Shown: piece by piece, positions 9,157-20,641 of the stretch
Layout of the letters: each line of letters starts with the position of its first letter
Numbering within the stretch: position 1 is the stretch's first letter
From: an uncultured Lentimicrobiaceae bacterium
GTDB taxonomy: Bacteria > Bacteroidota > Bacteroidia > Bacteroidales > SKPS01
Length of the DNA: 64,000 nucleotides
Direction: 5' to 3'
NCBI GenBank assembly: GCA_964652685.1
Contig: CAZZBS010000002.1
Coordinates: 57,497 to 121,496 of the forward strand
The notes under the pieces: model-generated
Databases searched by the model: none
Told to the model about the DNA's origin: nothing
Seen by the model: only the letters and a program-made list of their open reading frames with translations
Translations under genes and position numbers: made by a program

Positions 9157-9217
9157 CATCAAAATTTATAAATGACAAGTAATCAGTAAAAACATCCGGC
9201 CTTTAACATATATTTTT

Positions 9218-11485
9218 TTATTGGCCGGCTATTTCAAGTCTGGCGAACCGCAGCAGGAGTCTTTTTTCCCCGACCGAATCAAAATGTACCGTAGCTTTCA
9301 TATCAGCTGCAGTTCCCTCCAGGTGGGTGAGGGTACCTATGCCGAAACGATCATGTTTGACCCTCATACCTATAGCCAATTTGGCCGGGTCAGTTGCCTG
9401 CCGGCCCGGATTTCTTTTTTCGAGTTGATTCAGATGGATCAGATTTGATTTTGCTTTCGGGATATACCCTGCCATCTGCGGATGTTCATCCTGTTGACGC
9501 GTGCTTTTCACTTTTTCGATATACAACGGATCGATCTCTTCAAGGAAACGGCTCGGTTCGCAGAAGGTAAACCGTCCCCAACGCAACCTGCTCCTGGCAT
9601 AGGAGAGGATCACCTGGTGCATGGCCCGGGTCAGGGCTACATAAAACAGGCGTCGTTCCTCTTCAAGTTCTTCCCGGGTGCCCATTGCCTGGAAGTTGGG
9701 GAAGAGATCCTCCTCGAGTCCGGCAATATACACGTTAGGGAATTCCAGCCCTTTGGCCGAGTGAATGGTCATCAGGGTTACCTTGTTCGGATCCTCATCG
9801 TCATCTGTATCCAGGTCTGTCATCAGAGAAACACTCACCATGTATTCATCCAGGGTCCTGAACGGGGTTTCAGGCAACTCCTCCCCGGTTCTTTTTGTAT
9901 CAGTAAACTCTTTAAGCCCGTTCAGCAACTCTTCGATGTTCTGATATCTGGATACCCCCTCCGGGGTTTTATCTTCCGACATCAACTTCACAACTCCGGA
10001 CGCATGGGCGATCTCTTGGCCGAGTTCAAATGCATCTATCTGTTTGATGCGTGCCTGAAAGCTTCGGATCATGGTTGCAAATTCACCGATCCTGTATCGT
10101 GTGCCGCTGTTGAATTCATGGTTCATCTCCGGCACTTGCAGGAGGGTTTCCCAGACATTCAGTCCTTGTTCCCCGGCAATCACGATCACCTTTTCCATCG
10201 TGGTTTTTCCAATGCCGCGGGCCGGGAAATTGATGATCCTCATCAATGCTTCCTCATCTGCCGGATTAATAACGATCCGGAAATAGGCCAGCAGGTCTTT
10301 TACCTCCCGTCGCTGATAGAATGAGACCCCGCCATAAATCCGGTAGGGGATGTTCAACCGGCGAAGTGCCTCTTCAATCGGCCTTGATTGGGCATTGGTG
10401 CGGTAAAGCACTGCGAAATCACTGTTCGGCAACTGCCGGTTCATCTTCGTTTCAAAGATATTGTTGGCAATCAGGATCCCCTCCTCATGATCCGTGGTTG
10501 CTTTGATCAGGCGAAGGAGACTGCCTGTATCATTTTCGGTCCAGATGACCTTCTGAATCTGGTTTATATTGTTCTTAATCACACTGTTGGCGGCATTAAC
10601 GATGGTCTTGGTCGAACGGTAGTTCTGTTCCAGCTTAAAGGTCTTCAGATCCTGGTAGTCTTTTTTAAGATGAAGGATATTCTCGATGTTGGCGCCCCTG
10701 AAACCATAAATGCTCTGGGCATCATCACCTACAACGCAGATGTTTTCATCGTTGGCAGCCAGCTTTTTAACGATCAGGTATTGTGCAAAATTGGTATCCT
10801 GGTACTCATCCACCAGGATATAGGAAAATTTAAGCTGCAGCTTGTAAAGGATTTCCGGGTAATCACGCAGGATGATGTTCATATTGAACAGCAGATCGTC
10901 GAAATCCATGGCTGCCGCTTTGTGCAGGCGGTTTGTATAACGCGTGAAGATGTCCGTGAAGTAAGGTTTGTTGCTTTTTTTGTCTTCGTTCACAAACTCA
11001 GGATTTGCAGCGTATTCTTCGGCATTGATCAGGTTGGTTTTGGCTGCCGAGATCCGGTGGAGGATGGTAGAGGCTTTATAAACCTTGGGATCCAGACTCA
11101 TTTCTTTTACGATGGAGCGGATCAGGCTTTTAGAATCGTCAGTGTCATAGATGGTGAAATTGGCGGGATAGCCGAGATGGTGTCCGTGGACCCTTAAAAG
11201 CCTGGCACATACCGAATGAAAGGTTCCCATCCAGATGTTGTTGGCTTCATGGCTGCCCAACAGCGTGACCACCCGTTCTTTCATCTCCCTGGCTGCCTTG
11301 TTGGTGAAGGTAAGGGCAAGGATCCTGTATGGGTCCATACCGCTGTCAATAAGATAGGCGACTTTATAGGTCAGCACCCTGGTTTTTCCCGAACCGGCCC
11401 CGGCAATGACCATCATAGGGCCACCCAGGTATTCAACGGCAATCCGTTGCGCTTCATTCAGATCTTTCAGGTAGTCACGTGCCAT
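9218..11485 (-). CDS. uvrD: ATP-dependent DNA helicase, UvrD/PcrA/Rep family (755 aa from the revised start)
   Basis: SF1 motifs are present: AGAGSGKT (I), DEYQDTN (II), GDDAQSIYGFRGA (III), LEQNYRST (IV), TIHSAKGLEF and VALTRA (VI). The start is moved from 11614 to the ATG at 11485 (MARDYLKDLNEAQ). A TATTTTTG -7 box at 11505..11512 lies inside the longer ORF, and the 43 extra residues look non-protein-like. Confidence 0.9.
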   Translation of the reverse strand: MARDYLKDLNEAQRIAVEYLGGPMMVIAGAGSGKTRVLTYKVAYLIDSGMDPYRILALTFTNKAAREMKERVVTLLGSHEANNIWMGTFHSVCARLLRVHGHHLGYPANFTIYDTDDSKSLIRSIVKEMSLDPKVYKASTILHRISAAKTNLINAEEYAANPEFVNEDKKSNKPYFTDIFTRYTNRLHKAAAMDFDDLLFNMNIILRDYPEILYKLQLKFSYILVDEYQDTNFAQYLIVKKLAANDENICVVGDDAQSIYGFRGANIENILHLKKDYQDLKTFKLEQNYRSTKTIVNAANSVIKNNINQIQKVIWTENDTGSLLRLIKATTDHEEGILIANNIFETKMNRQLPNSDFAVLYRTNAQSRPIEEALRRLNIPYRIYGGVSFYQRREVKDLLAYFRIVINPADEEALMRIINFPARGIGKTTMEKVIVIAGEQGLNVWETLLQVPEMNHEFNSGTRYRIGEFATMIRSFQARIKQIDAFELGQEIAHASGVVKLMSEDKTPEGVSRYQNIEELLNGLKEFTDTKRTGEELPETPFRTLDEYMVSVSLMTDLDTDDDEDPNKVTLMTIHSAKGLEFPNVYIAGLEEDLFPNFQAMGTREELEEERRLFYVALTRAMHQVILSYARSRLRWGRFTFCEPSRFLEEIDPLYIEKVKSTRQQDEHPQMAGYIPKAKSNLIHLNQLEKRNPGRQATDPAKLAIGMRVKHDRFGIGTLTHLEGTAADMKATVHFDSVGEKRLLLRFARLEIAGQ

Positions 11486-11504
11486 ACATGCATCTTTCCG
11501 CATG

Positions 11505-11512
11505 CAAAAATA
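11505..11512 (-). promoter_or_regulatory. -7 box TATTTTTG for the helicase gene
   Basis: The minus strand reads TATTTTTG, 20 nt upstream of the ATG at 11485. Confidence 0.5.
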
Positions 11513-11633
11513 ATGATTCGTATGGTGTGGGCTGATGCAGATCATCTGACAGACCGGAAATTTTATTAACAATGTCGGATAATTCAGGTGAATAAGGTAA
11601 ATTTCGGGCATCAAAGACTAAAAGCCAGATTTC

Positions 11634-12203
11634 ATGAAAACTTTCTGCCTGGGAATATTTATGCTGATCCTGTCCCTTCAAGGGTTTACACAGCTTAACG
11701 GGGATCAAAAGGTTGCACGTATCTTTAACCGGTTGGTGATTGACCTGGGGGCTGCACCGGTTACCTTTACAGATGTAGAGGAATACGATCTCTACTTCTA
11801 CCATTTTGCCATTGGTTATCAGTTTGGTAAACATTTCGACCTGAAGTTACACCGGGATCTGATACATGTTGTTCGACCCTTGGATCGATTTTTCGGAGTT
11901 AACAACTTTACCCGGAATTTTGCACTGGGGGTGGGTGGTAATTACAGATGGAAGCCGGAAAAGTGGCAGGGCATAATGCAAGGGGTAGGTTACAGTGTAG
12001 CTGTGAAAGCCGGAGCTACATTTTCCTGTGATGCCAGGGAACAGCAATCCATTTTCTACGATCTTTCCGCCAGGATCTACCCTGTGAAATACTGCTATCT
12101 CGCGGCAGGTTTTAACCATGACCTTTTTTCAGAAAGGCTTTGGGCTGACTACCATAAAAAGCATATCCAATCCTTCTACTTTTCCTTTGGGCTTGATTTT
12201 TAA
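11634..12203 (+). CDS. Small outer-membrane beta-barrel-like protein (189 aa)
   Basis: Signal peptide MKTFCLGIFMLILSLQGFTQ, alternating-hydrophobicity strands, and a C-terminal aromatic residue (FSFGLDF). Confidence 0.6.
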   Translation: MKTFCLGIFMLILSLQGFTQLNGDQKVARIFNRLVIDLGAAPVTFTDVEEYDLYFYHFAIGYQFGKHFDLKLHRDLIHVVRPLDRFFGVNNFTRNFALGVGGNYRWKPEKWQGIMQGVGYSVAVKAGATFSCDAREQQSIFYDLSARIYPVKYCYLAAGFNHDLFSERLWADYHKKHIQSFYFSFGLDF

Positions 12204-12319
12204 ACAGTATGATGTTTTTCTGCCATGAATGCACGAATAGGTCTTCCCGGTAGGCAGACATTCCCGCGTTGTTGCAAAAAAAATCAGTCGTTATTGTTGT
12301 GTGAATGAAAAAGTGTTTC

Positions 12320-12327
12320 TATCTTTG
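12320..12327 (+). promoter_or_regulatory. -7 box TATCTTTG (distal, about 290 nt upstream of rpsL)
   Basis: An exact TAnnTTTG match, with TTG motifs about 20-25 nt upstream. Confidence 0.4.
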
Positions 12328-12376
12328 CACCCGCTTTTTACGGTAAATCTGTAATGGATTGTAAATAAGCGAAACA

Positions 12377-12496
12377 GGGATTGAAGAAAAGAGAAACCTG
12401 ATAAATTCAGACAGTTATAGGTTTCCGACCTGTGCCACCCCGGTAAAGGTCTTGTCTGTACCTGAAAGATGAGCATCGATCTCTTTCTTTTCTCCC
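12377..12496 (+). ncRNA. Candidate structured RNA or leader element (three nested helices)
   Basis: P1 pairs 12377..12394 with 12480..12496 (about 15 bp, purine tract against pyrimidine tract). P2 pairs TTCAGACAG at 12406..12414 with CTGT-AC-CTGAA at 12456..12466. P3 pairs GACCT at 12427..12431 with AGGTC at 12447..12451, closing a 15-nt loop. All helices were found by eye and no covariation data are available. Confidence 0.25.
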
Positions 12497-12566
12497 GGTC
12501 AACATGATGATTAACACGGCTTGAATAAAAAGAGGTTCAGGGTATTGCTGATAGGAAAACTTATCG

Positions 12567-12574
12567 TACCTTTG
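12567..12574 (+). promoter_or_regulatory. -7 box TACCTTTG (proximal promoter of the ribosomal superoperon)
   Basis: An exact TAnnTTTG match with TTG at 12545..12547 (19-nt spacer), 45 nt upstream of the rpsL ATG. Confidence 0.55.
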
Positions 12575-12618
12575 CGCTCCTTTTTTAAGCCGAAAAAGCG
12601 AGTAACAAACTTAACAGT

Positions 12619-12993
12619 ATGCCGACAATACAGCAATTAGTAAGAAAAGGACGTCAGAAGCTGACTGAGAAAAGCAAGTCTCCGGCGCTGGATTCATGTC
12701 CGCAGCGCAGGGGTGTATGTGTAAGGGTTTATACCACCACGCCCAAGAAACCCAACTCAGCCATGCGTAAGGTGGCCAGGGTGAGGCTGACCAACCAGAA
12801 AGAGGTGAACGCCTACATTCCGGGCGAAGGGCATAACCTGCAGGAGCACTCGATCGTGCTCATCCGCGGAGGCAGGGTAAAGGACCTTCCGGGTGTCCGT
12901 TATCATATCATACGCGGTGCACTTGACACATCCGGCGTAGATGGCAGAAAGCAGAGAAGATCGAAATATGGCACAAAACGTCCGAAGAAATAA
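12619..12993 (+). CDS. rpsL: 30S ribosomal protein S12
   Basis: Contains [36 protein letters not shown], a universally conserved S12 block. Confidence 0.99.
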   Translation: MPTIQQLVRKGRQKLTEKSKSPALDSCPQRRGVCVRVYTTTPKKPNSAMRKVARVRLTNQKEVNAYIPGEGHNLQEHSIVLIRGGRVKDLPGVRYHIIRGALDTSGVDGRKQRRSKYGTKRPKK

Positions 12994-13035
12994 TGGAATT
13001 AAGGGGCAACCCGAAGCTAATATATATAAAGGTAT

Positions 13036-13503
13036 ATGAGGAAAGCTAGACCAAAAAAGAGGGTAATCCTTCCGGATCCCAGGTTCAATGACCCATTGGT
13101 GACCAAGTTTGTCAACAACATCATGTTCGAAGGGAAGAAGAGCGTGGCTTTTCAGATTTTTTATGATGCCATTGACGCGGTGACCGACAAGACCAAAGAG
13201 GAAGGACTGGAAGTTTGGAAGAAAGCTCTCTCCAACGTAACGCCACAGGTTGAAGTCCGGAGCCGCCGTATCGGGGGTGCCACCTTCCAGATCCCGTCTG
13301 AGATCAAGCCTGGGAGGAAGCAGTCTATCGGGATGAAAAACCTGATTGGATATGCCCGCAAGCGCCATGAGAAATCGATGGCGTTGAAGCTTGCCGGTGA
13401 GATCATGGCTGCTTACAAAGAGGAGGGGGCCGCCTATAAAAGGAAAGAGGATACCCATCGTATGGCAGAGGCCAACAAGGCATTCTCCCATTTCAGGTTT
13501 TAA
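13036..13503 (+). CDS. rpsG: 30S ribosomal protein S7
   Basis: Starts [27 protein letters not shown] and follows rpsL. Confidence 0.99.
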   Translation: MRKARPKKRVILPDPRFNDPLVTKFVNNIMFEGKKSVAFQIFYDAIDAVTDKTKEEGLEVWKKALSNVTPQVEVRSRRIGGATFQIPSEIKPGRKQSIGMKNLIGYARKRHEKSMALKLAGEIMAAYKEEGAAYKRKEDTHRMAEANKAFSHFRF

Positions 13504-13527
13504 GATATCAGAAGCTGGTAGCCAATC

Positions 13528-15630
13528 ATGTCAGAAGCATTGAGAAATACGCGCAATATTGGGATCATGGCCCATATCGATGCTGGTAAAACTACCACCA
13601 CCGAGCGTATTCTTTTTTATACCGGCAAGAACTATAAACTGGGTGAAGTACATGAAGGCACCGCCACCATGGATTGGATGGTGCAGGAGCAGGAGCGGGG
13701 CATCACCATCACTTCGGCTGCCACCACCGTCTTCTGGGATTACGGGTCGAACCAGTACAAGATCAATATCATCGATACTCCCGGGCATGTTGATTTCACG
13801 GTTGAGGTTGAACGTTCCCTGCGGGTCCTTGACGGTGCTGTCGGGCTTTTTTGCGCTGTTGGTGGAGTGGAACCGCAGTCGGAGACTGTCTGGCGCCAGG
13901 CCGATAAATACCATGTGCCCCGCATCAGCTTTATCAATAAGATGGATCGTGCAGGGGCCGATTTTTTTGCCGTCATTGAACAGATCAGGACAAAGCTCAG
14001 GGCCAATCCCATTCCCATTCAATTGCCTATTGGTGCCGAAGAGGAGTTTTACGGGATCGTAGACCTGATCCTCAACAAAGCTTTCACCTGGGATGAAACA
14101 GACCTGGGTACCACGATCGTTGAAATACCCATCCCGTTATCCATGAGCGATATGGTGACGAACTACCGGAATGCCCTGATCGAAGGGGTGGCCGAGGAGA
14201 GTGAAAATCTTCTGGAGAAATTTCTGATCGATCCTGAATCCCTGACCGAAGATGAGATCCTTGCAGCCATCAGGAAAGCAACCCTCGAAATGCGGATCAC
14301 CCCTGTGATGTGCGGTGCCTCTTTCAAGAATAAAGGGGTACAGATGCTGCTCAATGCCATCGTCGCCTTTTTGCCAAATCCGCTTGATATTCCTGCCGTG
14401 AAGGGGGTGAATCCCAAAACAGAAAAAACAGAAGAGCGCAGACCCGATCCAGATGACCACTTCTGCGCACTTGCCTTTAAAATAGCGACAGACCCTTTTG
14501 TGGGGCGTATCGCTTTCTTCCGGGTTTATGCAGGCACGCTTAAAGCAGGTTCCTATGTGTTGAATACCGGAACCGGCAACAAGGAAAGGATTTCCCGTAT
14601 CATGCAGATGCATGCCAACAAGCAGAATCCTCTGGAGGAGATCTGTGCAGGTGATATCGGTGCAGCGGTCGGATTCAAGCAAATCAGGACCGGTGATACC
14701 CTTTGTGACGAGAAGCATCCCCTGGTGCTTGAGTCGATCAGTTTCCCGGAACCTGTCATCAGTGTGGCTGTCGAACCCAAAACCAAAGCTGATCTTGACA
14801 AGCTCACCCTTTCGCTGGTGAAACTTGCCGAGGAGGACCCCACCTTCAAGGTTCATACGGATGAACAGACAGGTCAGACCATCATCAGCGGTATGGGGGA
14901 ACTGCATCTTGAGATCCTGACCGACAGGCTGAAGCGGGAGTTCAAGGTAGAGATCAATCAGGGGCAGCCGGAGGTAGCGTATAAGGAGGCCATTGTATCT
15001 GCGATAGAGCATCGTGAGGTGTACAAGAAACAAACAGGCGGTAGGGGCAAGTATGCCGACATTGTTGTTAAGATCGGGCCTGTGGATGACGGATATACCG
15101 GATTGCAGTTTGTTGATGAGGTAAAAGGAGGCAATATTCCGAAGGAGTTTATGCCCTCCATCCAGAAAGGCTTCAGGTCGGCTATGCTGAACGGGCCCAT
15201 CGCTGGTTATCCGGTCGAGAATCTCAAGGTCCGTGTGCTTGACGGATCCTATCACTCGGTAGATTCCGATTCACTATCGTTTGAGATTGCAGCGCGCATC
15301 GCTTTCCGGGAAGCATCCAGGAAGGCAGATGCCTCATTGCTGGAGCCCATCATGAGACTGGAGATACTGACACCTGATTCATGCCTTGGTGATGTGACCG
15401 GAGACCTCAACCGTCGCCGTGCCGTCGTTACCGGTGTCGATACCAGAGCCGGCATGCAGGTGCTCCGGGCCAGGGTACCGTTAGCCACCATGTTCGGCTA
15501 TGTAACAACCCTGCGTACTTTATCCTCAGGCCGTGCCATCAGCAACATGGAGTTTTCTCATTATGAGGTGGTGCCACCGCAAGTGCAGGAAGAAATCATT
15601 AAAAAAGTAAAAGGATATTTCATTTATTGA
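13528..15630 (+). CDS. fusA: Elongation factor G
   Basis: G1 is [16 protein letters not shown]3 is DTPGHVDF, the length is 700 aa, and it occupies the str-operon position. Confidence 0.99.
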   Translation: MSEALRNTRNIGIMAHIDAGKTTTTERILFYTGKNYKLGEVHEGTATMDWMVQEQERGITITSAATTVFWDYGSNQYKINIIDTPGHVDFTVEVERSLRVLDGAVGLFCAVGGVEPQSETVWRQADKYHVPRISFINKMDRAGADFFAVIEQIRTKLRANPIPIQLPIGAEEEFYGIVDLILNKAFTWDETDLGTTIVEIPIPLSMSDMVTNYRNALIEGVAEESENLLEKFLIDPESLTEDEILAAIRKATLEMRITPVMCGASFKNKGVQMLLNAIVAFLPNPLDIPAVKGVNPKTEKTEERRPDPDDHFCALAFKIATDPFVGRIAFFRVYAGTLKAGSYVLNTGTGNKERISRIMQMHANKQNPLEEICAGDIGAAVGFKQIRTGDTLCDEKHPLVLESISFPEPVISVAVEPKTKADLDKLTLSLVKLAEEDPTFKVHTDEQTGQTIISGMGELHLEILTDRLKREFKVEINQGQPEVAYKEAIVSAIEHREVYKKQTGGRGKYADIVVKIGPVDDGYTGLQFVDEVKGGNIPKEFMPSIQKGFRSAMLNGPIAGYPVENLKVRVLDGSYHSVDSDSLSFEIAARIAFREASRKADASLLEPIMRLEILTPDSCLGDVTGDLNRRRAVVTGVDTRAGMQVLRARVPLATMFGYVTTLRTLSSGRAISNMEFSHYEVVPPQVQEEIIKKVKGYFIY

Positions 15631-15650
15631 TAATTAAACAACAAGGTAAG

Positions 15651-15956
15651 GTGAGCCAGAAGATCAGAATAAAACTCAAGTCGTACGATTACAATCTCGT
15701 CGACAAATCGGCTGAGAAGATTGTCAAGACGGTAAAATCCACCGGAGCCGTGGTGAGCGGTCCTATTCCGCTGCCAACCAACCGGAAGATTTTTACGGTG
15801 AACAGGTCGACTTTTGTCAACAAGAAGTCAAGGGAGCAGTTTCAGCTCTTTACCTACAAGAGGCTGCTTGACATTTACAGTACCACATCCAAGACCATTG
15901 ATGCCCTGATGAAGCTCGAATTGCCCAGTGGGGTGGAGGTGGAGATCAAGGTATGA
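15651..15956 (+). CDS. rpsJ: 30S ribosomal protein S10 (GTG start)
   Basis: The ORF-track TTG start at 15627 overlaps the fusA stop. The conserved S10 N-terminus [13 protein letters not shown] begins at the GTG at 15651, giving the canonical 101 aa. Confidence 0.95.
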   Translation: MSQKIRIKLKSYDYNLVDKSAEKIVKTVKSTGAVVSGPIPLPTNRKIFTVNRSTFVNKKSREQFQLFTYKRLLDIYSTTSKTIDALMKLELPSGVEVEIKV

Positions 15957-15991
15957 CCTTAGCATAGTAAAGCGTTAAAATACGATACGAT

Positions 15992-16615
15992 ATGTCAGGA
16001 TTAATTGGAAAAAAGATCGGGATGACCAGCATCTATGACCAGAACGGGAAGATGATCCCGTGCACGGTCATTCAGGCAGGGCCATGTGTAGTGACACAGG
16101 TAAGGACAAAGGAGAAGGATGGTTATGAAGCCATTCAGCTGGGCTTTGATGACATGAAAGAGAGCCGGGCCAACAAGCCCATGATTGGACATTTCAAAAA
16201 AGCGGGTACAACGCCGAAAAAGGTACTGGCAGAGTTTACCAGATTTGAAGAGCGGAAGCAGTATGGTCAGATGCTGACCATTGATGTATTTGTTGAAGGG
16301 GAGTATATTGATGTGGTGGGCTATTCCAAAGGGAAAGGCTTCCAGGGTGTCGTGAAGCGACACGGATTCGGTGGTGTCGGGGATGCAACCCATGGACAGC
16401 ATAACAGGCTTCGTGCACCAGGCTCGATAGGGGCTTCATCTTATCCCTCCAAAGTGGTGAAAGGGATGAGGATGGCCGGCCGTACCGGGCATCAGCGCAA
16501 CAAGATGATCAATATTCAGATCATGAAGCTGATACCTGAAAAGAATTTGTTAGTGGTAAAAGGGTCGGTACCAGGCCCTAAAGGAACCTATTTAATCTTG
16601 GAAAGATGGAGTTAG
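15992..16615 (+). CDS. rplC: 50S ribosomal protein L3
   Basis: Contains [14 protein letters not shown], and gene order supports the call. Confidence 0.99.
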   Translation: MSGLIGKKIGMTSIYDQNGKMIPCTVIQAGPCVVTQVRTKEKDGYEAIQLGFDDMKESRANKPMIGHFKKAGTTPKKVLAEFTRFEERKQYGQMLTIDVFVEGEYIDVVGYSKGKGFQGVVKRHGFGGVGDATHGQHNRLRAPGSIGASSYPSKVVKGMRMAGRTGHQRNKMINIQIMKLIPEKNLLVVKGSVPGPKGTYLILERWS

Positions 16616-17238
16616 GAGTATATAAAATCAACGGTGAGCTATCAGACAGGAAAGTGATGCTGGATGATACGATTTTCGGCATTGAACCGAATGACCACGC
16701 CATGTACCTGGATGTAAAGCAATACACTGCCCATCAGCGGCAGGGTACACATGCCACGCGCAACAAGGCGCTGATTGCGGGCAGTACCAGGAAACTAAAG
16801 AGGCAGAAAGGTACCGGGACAGCGCGTGCCGGAAGTATCAAATCGCCGCTGCTTCGCGGAGGTGGAACCATCTTTGGCCCTGAGCCGCGTGATTATATCA
16901 TCAAACTGAACAAAAAGCTGAAACAGGTTGCCCGTCGTTCAGCACTGACCTATAAAGCCAAGTCGGATGAGATCCTCATCCTTGAGGATTTTAGCTTCGA
17001 AGAGCCAAAGACTAAAAACTTCACCGAACTGTTGGGCCATTTTGACCTTATCCGGAAGAAAACACTGTTCGTGGTTCCCGAATCAAGCCGCAACATTTGG
17101 CTTTCAGCCAGGAATCTGCAGAGGACAAAAGTGATCATTGCCGACAACCTCAATACTTTTGAGATCCTCAATGCCAACAAGCTGGTCATCGCAGAGGGTT
17201 CCCTCGGAAAAATAGAGGCATTGCTGAAGAAGGACTGA
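16606..17238 (+). CDS. rplD: 50S ribosomal protein L4
   Basis: Contains [23 protein letters not shown] and overlaps rplC by 10 nt. Confidence 0.98.
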   Translation: MELGVYKINGELSDRKVMLDDTIFGIEPNDHAMYLDVKQYTAHQRQGTHATRNKALIAGSTRKLKRQKGTGTARAGSIKSPLLRGGGTIFGPEPRDYIIKLNKKLKQVARRSALTYKAKSDEILILEDFSFEEPKTKNFTELLGHFDLIRKKTLFVVPESSRNIWLSARNLQRTKVIIADNLNTFEILNANKLVIAEGSLGKIEALLKKD

Positions 17239-17272
17239 CACCTGAAGATTAATCTTATTAAAAAGCAATACA

Positions 17273-17563
17273 ATGACAATCATCAAAAAACCTGTTATCA
17301 CGGAGAAAATGACAGACATTGGCGATAAGCTGAGCCAGTACGCCTTCATCGTGGACAGGAATGCCAACAAGATACAGATACGTGAGGCCATTGAACAGCT
17401 TTACGGCGTTAAGGTTGTCCGTGTCAATACCATGGACCACGACGGTAAGGCCAGGGCCAGGATGACCAAATCGGGTTATATTACCGGTCGCACCAACGCA
17501 TACAAGAAAGCGATCGTGACATTGTCAGAAGGAGAAACTATTGATTTTTTCAGTAATATTTAA
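17273..17563 (+). CDS. rplW: 50S ribosomal protein L23
   Basis: Contains [13 protein letters not shown], and gene order supports the call. Confidence 0.98.
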   Translation: MTIIKKPVITEKMTDIGDKLSQYAFIVDRNANKIQIREAIEQLYGVKVVRVNTMDHDGKARARMTKSGYITGRTNAYKKAIVTLSEGETIDFFSNI

Positions 17564-17571
17564 GAAATATC

Positions 17572-18396
17572 ATGGCTTTAAAGAAATTCAAACCCACGAC
17601 GTCCAGTCAGCGCTTTAAGGTAATAAGCGCATTTGATGACATCACCCGGGACAGGCCAGAAAAGAGCCTGGTGGAGCCGATCAGGAAGAGCGGAGGAAGG
17701 AACAACCAGGGCAGGATGACGATGCGTTATCTTGGAGGCGGGCACAAGCAGGCATACCGTGTTATCGATTTCAAACGTGAGAAGGAGGGTGTGCCGGCGA
17801 TTGTGAAGAGTATCGAATATGACCCGAACCGTACAGCCAGGGTAGCATTGGTTAGTTATGCCGATGGGGAGAAGAAGTACATCATTGCCCCCAATGGCTT
17901 GAAGGTGGGACAGGAGATCAACGCCGGCAAGGGGGTTGCTCCGGACCTTGGTAATGCCCTTTACTTGAGTGAAATACCCTACGGTACCATCATCCATAAC
18001 ATCGAGCTCAGGCCTGGGCAGGGCGCCAGGATGGCACGCAGTGCCGGATCGTATGCACAGCTTATGTCAAGGGATGGTAAGTATGCCGTGCTGAAGCTTC
18101 CTTCCGGGGAGACCAGGCTTATCCTGCAGTCGTGCAAGGCTACCATAGGTATGGTGAGTAATATTGACCACAGTCTTGAGGTGAGTGGGAAAGCCGGAAG
18201 GGCAAGATGGCTTGGTCGTCGTCCACGGACAAGAGCCGTGGTGATGAATCCTGTTGATCACCCTATGGGCGGAGGTGAAGGCAGGGCTACAGGTGGACAC
18301 CCGAGATCAAGGAAAGGCGTCCCGGCCAAAGGGTATAAGACACGCTCGAAGAAAAAGACTTCGAACAATTACATCATTGAACGGAGAAAGAAATAA
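17572..18396 (+). CDS. rplB: 50S ribosomal protein L2
   Basis: Contains [15 protein letters not shown] and [14 protein letters not shown]. Confidence 0.99.
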   Translation: MALKKFKPTTSSQRFKVISAFDDITRDRPEKSLVEPIRKSGGRNNQGRMTMRYLGGGHKQAYRVIDFKREKEGVPAIVKSIEYDPNRTARVALVSYADGEKKYIIAPNGLKVGQEINAGKGVAPDLGNALYLSEIPYGTIIHNIELRPGQGARMARSAGSYAQLMSRDGKYAVLKLPSGETRLILQSCKATIGMVSNIDHSLEVSGKAGRARWLGRRPRTRAVVMNPVDHPMGGGEGRATGGHPRSRKGVPAKGYKTRSKKKTSNNYIIERRKK

Positions 18397-18424
18397 TTGA
18401 TAAACAGCGTAACAGTATAATACG

Positions 18425-18703
18425 ATGAGCCGATCACTGAAAAAAGGACCTTACATTCATTATAAACTCGAAAAGCGGGTTCTTGCGACACAAGAATCGA
18501 AGAAGAAGTCCGTCATCAAGACCTGGTCAAGGGCATCTGTGATATCACCCGACTTTGTGGGGTTGACCATTGCGGTGCATAATGGAAATAAATTCATCCC
18601 TGTATATATCACCGAGAATATGGTAGGTCATAAGCTGGGTGAGTTTTCCCCGACAAGGATCTTCAGGGGGCATGCAGGCAGTAAAGATAAGGGCAGGAGG
18701 TAA
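18425..18703 (+). CDS. rpsS: 30S ribosomal protein S19
   Basis: Contains [15 protein letters not shown] and [11 protein letters not shown]. Confidence 0.99.
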   Translation: MSRSLKKGPYIHYKLEKRVLATQESKKKSVIKTWSRASVISPDFVGLTIAVHNGNKFIPVYITENMVGHKLGEFSPTRIFRGHAGSKDKGRR

Positions 18704-18749
18704 TGTCAGGCGGGCATAAAAACCTGTTAACAGCAAAACAACACTGAAC

Positions 18750-19208
18750 ATGGGAGCAAGAAAACGTATAACAGCAGAGGAGCGCAAAGAGGTAAAGAAA
18801 AGCCTCTATTTCGCAAAGTTGAATGACTGCCCTACATCACCTCGTAAGATGAGGCTTGTGGCGGATATGATCCGTGGAGAGGATGTGGAAAGGGCACTTT
18901 TCCTGTTGAAAACATCACCCAAGGAGGCAGCGGGCCGGGTTCACAAGCTGGTGCTATCGGCCATGGCCAACTGGCAGCAGAAGAACGAAGGTGCACGTAT
19001 TGAGGACAGTGGGCTTTATATCAGGACCATTACAGTCGATGGCGGAAGGATACTGAAGAGGTTGCTGACAGCACCACAGGGACGCGCACACCGTATCCGC
19101 AAGCGTTCAAACCACGTCACTCTATTCCTGGGTAGCAGGAAAGAGGATGAAGAGGCATTGCTGGCGATGGCGGAATCGCAGGAGGTGAACGAAGAATCAG
19201 AAAACTAA
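18750..19208 (+). CDS. rplV: 50S ribosomal protein L22
   Basis: Contains [14 protein letters not shown] and has an acidic C-terminal tail. Confidence 0.98.
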   Translation: MGARKRITAEERKEVKKSLYFAKLNDCPTSPRKMRLVADMIRGEDVERALFLLKTSPKEAAGRVHKLVLSAMANWQQKNEGARIEDSGLYIRTITVDGGRILKRLLTAPQGRAHRIRKRSNHVTLFLGSRKEDEEALLAMAESQEVNEESEN

Positions 19209-19231
19209 ATGAAATCTAACGCAAAGTAATA

Positions 19232-19954
19232 ATGGGACAAAAGACAAATCCTATAGGTAATCGACTTGGTATTATCAGGGGGTGGGATTCCAACTGGTAC
19301 GGTGGCAAAGGAAGAAGTTACAGTGAAAAGCTGCACGAGGATTTCAGGATCCGTCAGTATCTGTCAGCAAGGCTATCAAAAGCAGGTGTTTCAAGGATTG
19401 TGATTGAACGGACGCTAAAGCTTGTTACGGTGACCATTTTTACAGCCCGTCCCGGCATTATCATCGGCAAAGGAGGTCAGGAGGTGGACAAGCTCAAGGA
19501 GGAATTGAAGAAGGTAACCAACAAGGAGATCCAGATCAACATCTCCGAGATCAAGCGCCCTGAGCTGGATGCGTTCATCGTAAGCCAGACCATTGCCAAG
19601 CAGATAGAGGGGAGGGTTTCATTCCGTCGCGCCATCAAGACTGCCATTGCTTCCACTATGCGCATGGGTGCTGAAGGTATCAAGGTGATGATCAGCGGTC
19701 GTGTAGGGGGTGCTGAAATGGCCCGTTCTGAAAGTTACAAGGAGGGGAGAACCCCGCTGCATACTTTCAGGGCAGATATAGACTATGCTTTGAGCGAAGC
19801 ACATACGACCTATGGGCGCATAGGCATCAAGGTATGGATCTGCAAAGGTGAAGTGTACGGCAAGCGCCCCTTCTCAACCATTGAAGGCGCAGTAACACAG
19901 AAACCATCAAGGTCTGCCGGTGGTTCAAGGTCCCGCACCAGGAGGATGAAATAA
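19232..19954 (+). CDS. rpsC: 30S ribosomal protein S3
   Basis: Starts [14 protein letters not shown] and has a KH domain. Confidence 0.99.
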   Translation: MGQKTNPIGNRLGIIRGWDSNWYGGKGRSYSEKLHEDFRIRQYLSARLSKAGVSRIVIERTLKLVTVTIFTARPGIIIGKGGQEVDKLKEELKKVTNKEIQINISEIKRPELDAFIVSQTIAKQIEGRVSFRRAIKTAIASTMRMGAEGIKVMISGRVGGAEMARSESYKEGRTPLHTFRADIDYALSEAHTTYGRIGIKVWICKGEVYGKRPFSTIEGAVTQKPSRSAGGSRSRTRRMK

Positions 19955-19980
19955 AGGTAGAATCTGAAAAATAATACATC

Positions 19981-20415
19981 ATGTTACAGCCAAAGAAAAC
20001 AAAATACAGAAAACAGCAGAAGGGCAAGATGAAAGGGAATGCACAGCGGGGGAACCAGCTTGCTTTCGGCACCTTTGGTATTAAAACCCTGGAGGAGGGT
20101 TGGATTACCGGGCGACAGATCGAAGCTGCCCGTCAGGCTGTTACCCGTTATATGAAACGTGAAGGCCAGATCTGGATCCGCATTTTCCCTGACAAACCGG
20201 TGAGCAAAAAGCCGGCTGAAGTACGAATGGGTAAAGGAAAAGGTTCACCCGAATACTATGTTGCCAGGGTTACACCCGGAAGAATCATGTTTGAATCGGA
20301 AGGTGTACCTCTTGAAGTTGCCAAGGAGGCCATGCGACTGGCTGCCCAGAAACTCCCGGTAACCACAAAATTTGTGGTCAGAAGAGATTACGTTGAAGAT
20401 CAAAAAGTGAACTGA
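19981..20415 (+). CDS. rplP: 50S ribosomal protein L16
   Basis: Starts [15 protein letters not shown]. Confidence 0.99.
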   Translation: MLQPKKTKYRKQQKGKMKGNAQRGNQLAFGTFGIKTLEEGWITGRQIEAARQAVTRYMKREGQIWIRIFPDKPVSKKPAEVRMGKGKGSPEYYVARVTPGRIMFESEGVPLEVAKEAMRLAAQKLPVTTKFVVRRDYVEDQKVN

Positions 20416-20416
20416 G

Positions 20417-20626
20417 ATGAAGAACCAGGTTATTAAAGAATTATCCACCCCTGAGCTGATTGAACGGCTCGAGGAAGAGCAGTCGCAGCTTCAGAAAATG
20501 AAGCTCCATCATAAGGTTTCAGAACTCGAGAATCCCAGGAAATTATCGGCTTTCAGAAAGACCATAGCCCGCCTTAAGACAGAATTGAAAAGCAGGCAGA
20601 TGGCATCAGCAGAAAAAAACATTTAA
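20417..20626 (+). CDS. rpmC: 50S ribosomal protein L29
   Basis: A 69-aa helical protein in the position between rplP and rpsQ. Confidence 0.95.
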   Translation: MKNQVIKELSTPELIERLEEEQSQLQKMKLHHKVSELENPRKLSAFRKTIARLKTELKSRQMASAEKNI

Positions 20627-20641
20627 CCCACTGTAGATACC

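Noticed and set aside
9157-9217. A possible terminator after the helicase gene (CCGGCC...GGCCGG followed by GTTTTT on the minus strand).
   Set aside because: The stem is only 6 bp, the loop is about 21 nt, and the U-run is interrupted. It is too weak to call.
11486-11614. A 43-codon N-terminal extension of the helicase ORF (MMPEIYLIHLNYPTLLIKFPVCQ...).
   Set aside because: The extension is not helicase-like and contains a TATTTTTG -7 promoter box at 11505..11512. The conserved N-terminus begins at the ATG at 11485.
14137-15255. A 372-aa minus-strand ORF inside fusA. Similar long antisense ORFs occur at 4337..5062 (ABC ATPase), 6945..7691 (murA), 9482..10324 and 10388..11197 (helicase), 12757..13491 (rpsL/rpsG) and 39371..39898 (GWxTD gene).
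   Set aside because: Each lies fully antisense to a confidently identified, highly conserved gene, and their translations are low-complexity (rich in R, G, H, P, D) with no recognisable motifs. They are typical shadow ORFs produced by codon bias on the opposite strand.
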